From: Eukaryota sp. TZLM1-RC
Lineage: Eukaryota; Protista; Metamonada: BaSk clade
Reading direction: 5' to 3'
DNA: 64,000 bases
Assembly: GCA_040285825.1 (NCBI GenBank)
Contig: JAUPSS010000003.1
Span: 124,001-188,000 of the forward strand
The position numbers and the translations under genes were made by a program. This document shows, one piece after another, positions 48,841 through 59,785 of the stretch. The first letter of the stretch is position 1, and the number at the start of each line of letters is the position of its first letter. The notes below the pieces were generated by a model. That model had not been told where the DNA came from. It was given only the letters and a program-made list of their open reading frames with translations, and ran no database searches.

Positions 48841-48900
48841 CCGATGAAATTCACAGTTGTGGTCTTATTCTTAGTTGTTTTTTCTTCATTCAAACCAATA

Positions 48901-49920
48901 ATGTACCAACAGATGTATGGTACAGCGGTGGTTCCGGTACAAATGGCGCCTAATTTTGTCTATCAAGGTGTGCCAGCAGCTCAACCTAAACGCTCCATTC
49001 CAGAACGTAAGAAGAAGTCGTGTTGCACTAACTGTTGCTGTTGCTTCTTCTGTCTTTTTGTTTTTGCACTCATCTTTGGTGGTGCTTTAGTCATCTTTAA
49101 AACAATCCAGTGTGGAACTATTGATTGGCAGGAAATATCTACGTATGAATTCTCTCCCGAAGATGTATCAAACATTGATGTTTCTGCCGATCTTGCGTTT
49201 GTCAAGTTCAGCTATTCTAGTATTTCCAAGATCCAGGTTCATATACGTTTAGCTAACACAGACAGTTCTTCTGACGATGAAGTAAAACCTACATTGGAGG
49301 GTGGTTTGCTGAAAGTCGATTTAACTTCTGATCCTGTCTGGTTTCTTCTTCACTGTTTGCGAGCTGAAGTTGAAATTGAACTTCCTTTAAATCACCCGTT
49401 GAATTCAGTGGATATCCGCATCCCTGTTTTGGTCTCACACTCTATGTCATCCTCCACCACTGGTATTGATCTTGGTGAAATGAGCCTGGTGACTGTGGAC
49501 AAACTAAAGATTCGCACCGAAGTTGGTAAAGTCTTTGCCAAATCATTGAGGTCTAACCAGGTTGACATTCGTGGAACTCTGGAAGTTGCTTCGGTTTCTA
49601 TGTTCAATACCACCAATTCCGAAGGCGAAATTGTACGCGGTCAAATGTTTGTGAAATCGTTTGTCGGCTATCAAAAGTTTAATCTTTTACATCCCGGATA
49701 TTATGAATTTTCTTCAATTTCTGGCAAAATCTCACTTACTCTACATGAAACATTTTCAGGAAAGGTTTCAACATCTTCTCGTGGTAAAATTCGATATGAA
49801 GGGGAGCGATTGGTTGTTTCAGATAGTGGCGATCACTCTGTGAATTTTGAAGTTGGAGACGGAAATGATTTTGTCAATGTCCACAGCGAAACTGGGCAAT
49901 TAAGTCTCACAGCTCTTTGA
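48901..49920 (+). CDS. Single-pass membrane protein with DUF4097/adhesin-like beta-repeat ectodomain
   Basis: Likely start MYQQMYG, because the longer ORF begins inside the MITE. Cys-rich juxtamembrane stretch, TM helix and repeated x-S/T-x-x-G-x-I strands; AATAAA after the stop. Confidence 0.65.
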   Translation: MYQQMYGTAVVPVQMAPNFVYQGVPAAQPKRSIPERKKKSCCTNCCCCFFCLFVFALIFGGALVIFKTIQCGTIDWQEISTYEFSPEDVSNIDVSADLAFVKFSYSSISKIQVHIRLANTDSSSDDEVKPTLEGGLLKVDLTSDPVWFLLHCLRAEVEIELPLNHPLNSVDIRIPVLVSHSMSSSTTGIDLGEMSLVTVDKLKIRTEVGKVFAKSLRSNQVDIRGTLEVASVSMFNTTNSEGEIVRGQMFVKSFVGYQKFNLLHPGYYEFSSISGKISLTLHETFSGKVSTSSRGKIRYEGERLVVSDSGDHSVNFEVGDGNDFVNVHSETGQLSLTAL

Positions 49921-50710
49921 TTTTGTAAATAAAGTTGATTTAGGTTTTTATTACTCTTTCCCCAACTTGGTTTCCAGTATTCCACATTCAGCAGTTCAAC
50001 AATGAATTGATAAGGGAACTAAAAAATCAGTTTTAGAATTGATGAGGTAGTTGTAAGGAATCAATTGTATGAATGTAGATTTATTGAACTTTAGATAGCC
50101 ACATTTTCTATTGCGGATCAGCAAAGGTAAAAAGAACAATAAACACACAATTTCACCATTGCTATTGATGGGGTGATGCCCTCTAGTTAATAATCCAATA
50201 CACAACATTCAAGAACGAAAGATAATTTGATGCAGAAGATATGTAGTTTTCTCCTCCATTTTACAGAATTCGCTACAATGAATTGTACAAATGAATAAAA
50301 ATCGATCTTGTGATTTGAAAGAAAGAGAACTTACAAAATCGTAATAATATTTTTGACAAAAAATTGGAGTGTACTTTTCCACTGTATTCACATGCTAATA
50401 TACCAGTAGTTTATATGTTGTTCAATCACAAGACTTGATCATTGATTATTGTGGTTTTGCAGAGCTTCTTTCTTATTTGTCAATCAAGTATTCAATGTAT
50501 TCAATTGACTAGAAAAAGCATAACTAGATGATCGACTAACACTTATGCGATTATAGGCTGAACAGATGAATTACCATTGAAATTATTTAAATTACCATTG
50601 AAGAAGTACTTGAAATTGTTGTTGTTTGTGAAATGAGTTATTATACAAATACAAAAACAAATGTAGTTTATTAAATAACAAAGAGTTTCGACAATAGTAT
50701 ACAAAGGAAT

Positions 50711-51322
50711 CTAATTCTCCAACATTTCATGTTGCATGTTTTGTTCTTGCTGACCCTTCTGAAAAGGAAGGAAAAGTTTGAATTCGGCTGGTAGTTCTTC
50801 TTCAGAATAGAGACGGTCAGTGAAGTAAATTCTTCTCAAACGGCAATTGGCATGGATCTGAACACGGAGTGTTTCAATGTAATTAGTACCGAATGCTCTA
50901 CGTGTGAAATCAGAAAGATTGAATTGGATTTGGTTCCAACCTGGCTCGAGTCGCATTGGCATGGAGCAGATGAATGGCTTCACGCGGCAGTTAGCTTGGT
51001 AGTTGCTGGCGCGAAACCGACGCCTAACATTCTTATCATCAAGGATTTGGACCTCGAACGTAAAGTATCTCTTGAGATTCTTTAGAATGAAAACAATGAA
51101 GGGCAACTTGATGCCAAGAGTTTGTTTAGGATCTGCAGGACAGCTTATGTACGTTGTACTCACGTTCGTACCAGCAATTTCCAACGCAAGAGACTGAATG
51201 TCGGGGTCGGTGATTCTCTTGATGTGACCATTTCGCACATCCTTATTCCATATTTGGAGAGGCTTTGAGCCGATGGAGTAAAGAATAGAGAGAAAGCCTG
51301 ACTGGTAGCTATTACGAAACAT
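50711..51322 (-). CDS. CFAP20: Cilia- and flagella-associated protein 20 (BUG22)
   Basis: [25 protein letters not shown]...[10 protein letters not shown]...[16 protein letters not shown]...[10 protein letters not shown]. Confidence 0.98.
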   Translation of the reverse strand: MFRNSYQSGFLSILYSIGSKPLQIWNKDVRNGHIKRITDPDIQSLALEIAGTNVSTTYISCPADPKQTLGIKLPFIVFILKNLKRYFTFEVQILDDKNVRRRFRASNYQANCRVKPFICSMPMRLEPGWNQIQFNLSDFTRRAFGTNYIETLRVQIHANCRLRRIYFTDRLYSEEELPAEFKLFLPFQKGQQEQNMQHEMLEN

Positions 51323-51387
51323 TGAAGGATAGAGCGGTAAAACTTTATATCTGATGTTTTCGGTAGAAAACAATTTCCAATACTTCA

Positions 51388-53475
51388 CCCAATTGCCATT
51401 GGTGAATCTTTATCTCGTTTGTTAGCATCGATTGTCTTCGATCCTGTCAAAGACAAAGCTTCTAAATTTTTGAATCCTCATCAATTTGGAATAAAAACAA
51501 TTGATGGTGCTTCTGTTGCTGCTCTTGCCTCTGATACTTTTAATGCAGAGGAAAATAACTTTATTTTTAATCTTGACTTTAAAAATGCTGTTAATTCTGT
51601 AAAGCGAAAAGCAATTTTTGAAGTAATTAAATCTGATTCTCCTGAGCTATCTAGTTTTTTTTACCAATTTTATGGTAAAGAATCAGATTTAATATTTAGC
51701 TCATTTGGTCTAAAATCATCTTCTGGTGTGAGACAAAGTGATGCTTTAGGCCCATTATTGTTTTGTTTAGCTATTCACAAAACTTTAAATACCATAGCAA
51801 AAATACCCTTCTATAATAATAGTTGCTTATATGGATGATATATCCTTGATTGATTCATTTGATTTACTAGAATTGGTTGCTCAAGAAATTGCCGATTCAT
51901 ATGAAAATTTTGAACTTCATCTTAATGCGAGCAAAGGCCTTCTGATTGGCTCTTGTGCTCAGAATCTTGTGATAAACGATTCTGTTGTCCCTTTTACTCA
52001 TTATAGTAGTGATGCTTTTAAGTTCCTTGGTTGTTGGTTAGAAAATGTGCCTTACAAGTTATTTTGGAAAAAATAAAAATTGAACTTGATTCAATTTCTT
52101 CTTCAGATTTAGAAAGACATATTAAATTTTTCATGCTTAAAATTTGTTATACTGGAAGAAAAGCCCACATTTTGAGATCTTGTGCTCCTTCCACAGCATT
52201 AGATTTCTGTCGTTCCTTTAATTCAATGAGAACAGAATTTTTTGCTAATTTATTGGATGTAGAACCAGGAATGTTGAAAAATCACTTATTTTCTTCAGCA
52301 AAGTGGGGTGGTATTGGATTTACTAAATCTTCTATTTTGTGTCAATCAGGATTTTTGGGTGGAGGCAAGAATTTTATTTATGAATTTTCTCGTAGATTTC
52401 CTGAAGATTCTCATCTGTTAGTTCCTAGTTGCAGTCCATATTTGAATGAATCATCTTGTGAACTTGATAGATTGCCACTACAAATCTGGACCAAATGTTG
52501 TCCCAATCATTTCAAGAAATTCCAAACCGATCTCTTTTTAATTTGCAGTTTTGCTGTAAAAAGCTTCAACAAAAATTGTTAAAGATTTTTAAAAGCTTGG
52601 ATTTTGATGTTAGACTTGGATTGGCCAAGAACAAGAATCCCGCTGTTGCAAATCTTTTACAAAATATGTTTGATAGTACGTACTCTGCCTTAGTAACAAC
52701 AATTCCTCAAGTTTATAGCACTCTTTTAACTGATTCTGCTTGGACTTTGAATATGAGATTTCGTTCCTTTATCTGGCCTGATAATTTACCTCATAATTTA
52801 ATTTGTAAATGTTCTCAAAAAATTACAACTACTCATTTGTTAAATTGTAAACATTTTATTACTTTTAGAAGCAAGGTTCACGATGCTGTAAGAGACCAAT
52901 TATATTGTATGTGTAAGTCTCATAGAATTGAATCCTTTTTTTAACCTCTGTTGTCAAATCTGTTTGATACTGAAGATGATTTTCATAAAAATAATAGAGG
53001 TGATGTAACATTTCCTGGATTAGATGGAACCTTCATTCTATTGGATGTAATGTCTGTTGATCCTTGTAATGCCATAAATGAAAGGCTTGTTAATTCTGAA
53101 ATTCATAATCCTCTTTCAAATGCTGAAAATTTCAAAATCAAAAAATACAATGAACCTTTGTCCAAATTGGCCAGTCAACAGCATGCAAACTACAATTTGT
53201 ATCCATTTGTATTTTCTCTTTTTGGTTCACTTGCTCCAACGGCTATACGTTTTTTGGAAGATTTTGAAATGATTGTAAAAAGAAGAACTAACAGAAATTT
53301 CAACAGATTGTTTTGGCAAAATAGAATTGTGTTTTCTATTTTTAAGGGGATGTTGAAGATGGTTTCTGATGCTTTGCTTTCTCTTGGATCTCACTATGAG
53401 AAAGTTGCATCTAGTGTTTTTGTTTTGGGAGAGATGGATCATTCAGATGTTGTTTCATAGGTTTTTAATAAATCT
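51388..53475 (+). mobile_element. 5'-truncated RT-RLE non-LTR retrotransposon, decayed
   Basis: Begins at PIAIGE; LDFKNA, GVRQ, YMDD, CKC..THLLNC, NRGDV and KIKKY motifs, then AATAAA. Confidence 0.9.
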
Positions 53476-53489
53476 TTTTTTCAACTGAA

Positions 53490-56170
53490 ATATTTATTGA
53501 GATAAGAAAAATCTATCTAGAATTCAACATCCTCCAAACAAGCTTCACTATTACTAGACCTACTCACAGCATTACGTTCATATTCTACACCAATAGCTAA
53601 AAGTGCCTTTGAAATCATTGTTGGAATAGACTTGAAAATGCAGAAAACAATTCTATTTAACCAGAAAGTGGAATTCATTGTTTTACTAGACCTATTTAGT
53701 AACACTTTTTTGAAATTTTCAAAGAAGTGCAACCCTGAGGGTCCAATATTGCCAAAAAGAGAAATTGCAAACGGCACAAACTGATATTTCACAAGTTCCA
53801 CTCTACCTAACTGTGCCAAAGGTTCTTCATATTTTTTTATCTTCTTTTTTTCGGCGTTAGCTAACGGCGAATCAGCGGAATACACTAAACGAGCAGCAGA
53901 ATTTTTGCAAACATCAACTGAGACAACATCTACAACATTGAGAACACCATCGATCCCTGAAGCTACTAAATCTGCCCTTCTTTTACCAAAGGAATCATCA
54001 GTTTGATCTGAAGACAGCTTACGTACTAATGGCTCAATAAATGCCTCTATATTGAAACTTTTGCACATGGCATATAATTAATCACGAACTGAGTCATGAA
54101 CAATTGAGCGATAAGTTATAAAATACTTACAGTTTAAAATATGGGAAAGCGTAATAACACTCTTGCAGCGACAAATTAAATCATTTGGTAAAGAACAAGG
54201 CCATAGAAAACATCTCATTCTCATTGCAGTGGTCCATTGGTGATCATTAAGTAGAAGGCCATAAATGTTGGGAATCTGGGAGATTAGGCAACTTGAGCAA
54301 CTGTCTTTAAGATCAATCAAAAAGTTTGCAAAAACGGGATTTTTTTCTTTAGCCAAGCTAAGACGTACAATATAATCCAAGTTTTCTAAAACTTTCAAGA
54401 TTTTTTTCTGCAAGTCACATTTTTTTGTAGTACAAATTTTGGAAATGTTGATTTTCAAAAATCAAGCTACCTTTGTAAAGCTGCCTTTATTGGAGGTGGT
54501 AAAAATTTTATTTATGAATTTGTGAATCATTTTCCTGAAAAAATTGATCTCATTGAAAATTGTGGCAGCTCTTATTTTATTTCTTTGCAACAGGAAATTG
54601 AACACTTTCACCCAATATTTGGTCTAAATGTTTCCCCTCTGATATTGTGGAACTTCCTCCAAGAAGCTTGCTCTCCTTACCACTGACTTTTGCAAAATTG
54701 CAGAAAAAAATCTTGAAAGTTTTAGAAAACTTGGATTATATTGTACGTCTTAGCTTGGCTAAAGAAAAAAATCCCGTTTTTGCAAACTTTTTGATTGATC
54801 TTGAAGACAGTTGCTCAAGTTGCCTAATCTCCCAGATTCCCAACATTTATGGCCTTCTACTTAATGATCACCAATGGACCACTGCAATGAGAATGAGATG
54901 TTTTCTATGGCCTTGTTCTTTATCAAATGATTTAATTTGTCGCTGCAAGAGTGTTATTACGCTTTCCCATATTTTAAACTGTAAGTATTTTATAACTTAT
55001 CGCTCAATTGTTCATGACTCAGTTCGTGATCAATTATATGTCATGTGCAAAAGTTTCAATATAGAGGCATTTATTGAGCCACTAGTACGTAAGTTGTCTT
55101 CAGATCAAACTGATGATTCCTTTGGTAAAAGAAGGGCAGATTTAGTAGCTCCAGGGATCGATGGTGTTCTCAATGTTGTAGATGTTGTCTCAGTTTATGT
55201 TCAAAAATTCTGCTGCTCGTTTAGTGTATTCCGCTGATTCGCCGTTAGCTAACGCCGAAAAAAAGAAGATAAAAAAAATATGAAGAACCTTTGGCACAGT
55301 TAGGTAGAGTGGAACATGTGAAATATCAGTTTGTGCCGTTTGCAATTTCTCATTTTGGCAATATTGGACCTTCAGGGTTGCACTTTTTTGAAATTTTTAA
55401 AAAAGTGTTACTGAATTGGTCTGGGAAAACAATGAACTCCACTTTCTGGTTAAATAGAATTGTTTTTTGCATTTTCAAGTCTATTCCAACATTGATTTCA
55501 AAGGCACTTTTAGCTATTGGTGTAGAATATGAACGTAATGCTGTGAGTAGGTTCAGTAATAGTGACGCTTGTTTGAAGGATATTGAATTCTAGATGGGTT
55601 TTTTTATCTCAATAAATATTTATTTATTTAAAAAAAAATGTGACTTCGTAACGGAGATGCATCAATTTCCAATAATTTTGCTAAAAAATTGGTTCTTTGT
55701 TCATTAAAAATTCGACAAAACTCCAAAGAAATTGATGGTGATGTTGATCTCAAAATAGGAGTAAATTTTCCAGAATAACAAATTTTTAGGAAAAAGAATT
55801 TCAAATGTTTCTCAATTTTTAAATTTTCTATTGATTCTTATTCATTTCCAAATTGAGTCAACAGAGTCGAAAGTTGGCCTTTGACTTCTTCAATATTTCC
55901 CAGATAACAACCCAAAAAACGAAAACCAGACTGATCATAATTGATAAAGGGGACATTGACATCGGTAATGAAAAAATCAATTGGTTCATGGCCAATAATC
56001 AAACATTTGGAGATATTCAATGAGAGACCAATATCTTCATAACGCTGTTGAATAAAAGTTGCTATTTGTTTGAGAATTGTAATAGGAGCAATTACAGAAA
56101 TGTCATCCATATATGCTACAATATATATTTCTGGGAATTTTTCTTTTATTTCGCACATTAATGGATGAAT
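53490..56170. mobile_element. Rearranged RT-RLE element: 5' part (55632-56170, -), inverted 3' part (54412-55630, +) and a second 3' copy (53490-54413, -)
   Basis: Near-identical ORFs 53517-54458(-) and 54647-55593(+). The junction sequence AAGTCACATTTTTTT occurs at both breakpoints. Confidence 0.88.
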
Positions 56171-56229
56171 TTTCAATAAATAATGAATTTTTAATAAAAT
56201 TAATAATTCCAAAAAAAATACTTCACCCA

Positions 56230-57700
56230 TCCACATGTTTAAACTCAACCATCCGGAGATGATCGGCTTTGATCAAAATACGTTGAATTTGGAAACTCTT
56301 ATTGAGGTTTTCTAAAACCTAGGGGTCTTGTATTCAAAAAGTACTCGCTTACTGCAATCTGCCACTGGTTTCTCGATGAAGAGATATCTCTTGATCAAAC
56401 CGTCCCACATCCTGGACATGCAAAATGGCTTTGGACCTCTTCTTTTCTCCGTTCTCCATGAAGTAAAAGTCTTCACAGCTGTCAAACCGACTAGATTATT
56501 GTGATTGGGGTCCATGGCCACAAAAAAAGGATTGGCGTTCTCGGGAGGCCCTTGCTGCGTGGGAGGTGTCTCTGGTCTTTTAGAGTCACTTTCTGCTCCT
56601 GGTCTTGGATCGCTTAACTATGAGTGGCGTGGAAGTCTTCCACTTCACGTGCACCTCGAGCTTCCTTCATATTATTGTTGCTGCGCTTTATGCCAGTATG
56701 CTTGACTTTGTGTAAAAAAGGAAAACACAAGCTCACACCGTTAGTAACCACAGAGTACTCTGCGTATTTGTCCCGAGAAAAACCGAAGAGCGGTAGGGGC
56801 ACACCAGGAGCTGACCGCCAATGTTTCTGAAAGCAAAGGCATCGAGGGTTTGTTGGTTCATGTTAACGGAGCCTGAATATAACCCGCGAAAGGAAAAAAG
56901 GACATTTCGCTTCATACTGGCAGGAGAGACACCTTCCAGAAATGACAGAATGGTGAATGTAGAGTGGAGAACAGAAGCAGCACCCTCATTGGATAGTTGC
57001 ATAATAAGTTTTGTGAGGATACGCTCAAAGGTGCGCTGGATATTATTGTCGGGGACATCACCGTTGGTGTTCAGCAGAGTTTCCCATCTGGCGTTGATGG
57101 ACTCACGCGACTGGTTTGCAAAAACGGCAACTTTAGGTGAGAATGTTGCCGGGTGCAAGACACAAGAGGCATAAAAGTTGGGCGTTAAGCACCCTAAACA
57201 ACAGCAGCACGTTATGAAAATGTTTTGCTTCCATCACACCCGTATATCTGTCAAAATAGGGCGGTGTGCTTCCGCAAAAGGACGGAATGTCGCAGAAACA
57301 AAAGAGCAGTAGCACCACGAACGAACTCCTTGGCCTCCGTTACACCAGTTTAATAGACATAGTGGGGAAAAGGCCAACTCGAGCGCGACGACACAATGAA
57401 AAAAGTGTCTTAAACAACAGCCTTCCTAATGAAGGACTGCCGGTTGTGGGCACCGAGAACAACCAACGGTCACAGCACAATTTCTAGAACTGCTGCTGTG
57501 TGAGCCAACTGCTCAGGGTGGGCGCTGCAGGACCAAATGTCGAGGTTAGCCTACTAGCAAGTACCGCAGTACGTTGCTTATTCGTAAGCTGACTCTTTAA
57601 TTTCCATTGGACTACCGGAAAGAATAAGTTATTGAGTGCTGCTGCCAACGTGATGGTCATTAGAGAAGTGAACGTGACAATTGAGAGAAAGGGTTGGTTT
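56230..57700 (-). other. GC-richer decayed coding sequence, probably the 5' region of a retroelement
   Basis: Broken Cys/His-containing ORFs collinear with and upstream of the RT fragment at 55632-56170; no diagnostic motif. Confidence 0.3.
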
Positions 57701-58980
57701 CCGTTATGACAGTCGACATTATAGTTTTGTTTACTTATAACTTTTTACATCTATATAAATGAGAAGCGTGGACAGAAAAATAATTAAACACTTCATTCAA
57801 TGATGGTGGCACTGCTTCAACCAATTTTTTCCTAGAGAGTTAAATTTGATATGAGACTTGATAAAATTGTTCTTGAAGACAACAATAATTTATTTACCCA
57901 ATTGAATTTGTAGTTTCGATGTGTTTGTATGGAGTTTCAACAATTTCCTAAGGTACCGAATGCGAATGCGCACAAAGTTCGACTAGTGAATCGAACTCAT
58001 TTGCGTGCGATTGATTTCTTTTTGCGTGCGATTGATTTCTTTTTAACAAAATTATTTGTCAACAAACTTGTTTCATAAATCAATATAGAGTTCCAAAAAA
58101 ACAGTTTATTTAATCAATAATAAAAATACTAATACTTAGCACGCAAATTCATATAATAATTAATGAAAGAGACTGCCTAATCAGTCGCTTCTTCACGATT
58201 TAGTGAAGTTCCTTTAGCAGTTTAATGCTTAGTGTTTTCCGTGAACAAAAGCCTATTATTAATGTGTAATTTGCTTGTAGGTAAACGTTTTTCTGATGTG
58301 CTAATGCTTAAGCACGAGCTTGGATAAAAGAAATGGTAGCCTTCTGTTTATCATGGTTTTCCAAGTCCATCACTATTTTTTGTTTGAAACCAATGGAAGT
58401 CTGTTGTGTGGCTTATTTGAGTGTATTAAAAGAAATTGAGAGAAAGGTAGTAAAAAAACGGTGAGAACGTGAAGCAAATTGTAACACTCATCGAAAGCAA
58501 AACTTGTAAAACTGTAAGGTTTAATTTTTTTGTCAGTATGTCCTATTTTAAGCAAGTTGTTTTATATAAATATTACAAAATGAATATTTGTTTCAGTAAG
58601 GGCTCTATTGTTTTTGTTTGGATTTTAATACAGAGTTAACTGATCACCAAATTGCCAACAACAATTAACAAATAGTGACCTGAAAAGAATTGCCAACAAG
58701 ATGCTTTAGGCGCGTTCTAGAGAAGGTAAACTCATGTGAGCAACACAGACATTTGTACTTGTCATGAATAGAACTGTCGTGATGACGAGAAACTTCTCGA
58801 AGAACCTTGTAATAATCCATTATGTTTGCGGAAGTGTTTATAATTCACAAGTAGTAGATGTTTTACCTAATTTTCTAATACAAGCATAGATACCTGGGCT
58901 TGTACTAGGGACGTGCCAGTAACTGCTGTGCTTGTAATAGGGAAATGTTAATAAAAGTTATTGATCATGACAGTGGTTTT

Positions 58981-59130
58981 CAAAACCTCCACCCAGTAAA
59001 CACTCTCCCAACCAATATTTCAACCAATATTTGAACCATTGGATTTTGGTCAGGAGGAAGGTGTATTCAAAAAAGTAATCGCCAGAAATGGAAAATAATT
59101 AAATTTGATAACCGCAGACGAAAAGAGAGA
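58981..59130 (+). mobile_element. Fanzor family B internal fragment
   Basis: Close nucleotide match to 44582-44738 (AACACTCTCCCAACCAATATT...AATCGCCAGAAATGGAAAATAATTAAATTTGATAACCG). Confidence 0.85.
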
Positions 59131-59197
59131 CTTTTAAAAAAAGAAATTAAAAAACTTGGTTTACATAAAGATTTGTTAATTAACCAATTAATTGAAA

Positions 59198-59767
59198 TTA
59201 ATCTTCTAGAGTGTCCAATGAAAGCTTAATAGAATCAACAACTTTTTGATAAACCGCCAGCTGTTCTCTTAACTTAGTATTGTCATTGTCCAAAGACTCA
59301 CATTCTAAAAGAACTTGCTGCAAATCCACATCTTCACTGGTCTGATTCACAAGAGAGGTTTGCTGAGCGAGGACTTGCATCTGAGATTTCAATGAATCGT
59401 TTTCTTTTTCCAATTCAATGATTTTAGTGGCAAGGGTATTGTTCTTTTCTTCAGCAACAGAACACTTGCTACATGAAGAAGACGGTATGGTGTAAGACTT
59501 CCGTATAGAAGATTTGGGTGATACTAAAGGCTGTGTCGATTTTGGAAGAACGTTATGTTGAGGAGAACCATTGGTAGAGCCATAGTTGTGATTTGATGAT
59601 TCTGATGTATACATGTGTGATTTTGATGAAAGTGGAGCTACAACGGTTTGCTGTGCTATATTCTGCTGTGAATCATGTAGATGTTCAGCATGTTGACAAT
59701 CTCTACAGAAAGAGGGTTTAAAGATATGTCGCACAAAGCTACCACTTGAGCAACATGAACAGGGCAT
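59198..59767 (-). CDS. Hypothetical protein with N-terminal Cys/His zinc-binding motif and C-terminal coiled coil
   Basis: C..FVRHIFKPSFCRDCQH...H motif and a heptad-rich C-terminus. Confidence 0.7.
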   Translation of the reverse strand: MPCSCCSSGSFVRHIFKPSFCRDCQHAEHLHDSQQNIAQQTVVAPLSSKSHMYTSESSNHNYGSTNGSPQHNVLPKSTQPLVSPKSSIRKSYTIPSSSCSKCSVAEEKNNTLATKIIELEKENDSLKSQMQVLAQQTSLVNQTSEDVDLQQVLLECESLDNDNTKLREQLAVYQKVVDSIKLSLDTLED

Positions 59768-59785
59768 TGCAATCTGTGGTTTTCA

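Noticed and set aside
48787-48900. N-terminal extension of the 377-aa ORF, including a signal-peptide-like MKFTVVVLFL
   Set aside because: The extension begins inside the MITE and overlaps the TSD/guide region; ATG 48901 is more plausible, though ATG 48844 cannot be fully excluded.
49996-50650. Short minus-strand ORFs between the DUF4097-like gene and CFAP20
   Set aside because: No recognisable motif; probably decayed repeat sequence.
51323-51388. 22-aa N-terminal extension of CFAP20
   Set aside because: The conserved protein starts at MFRN (51322); the extension starts at a non-ATG codon at the retroelement junction.
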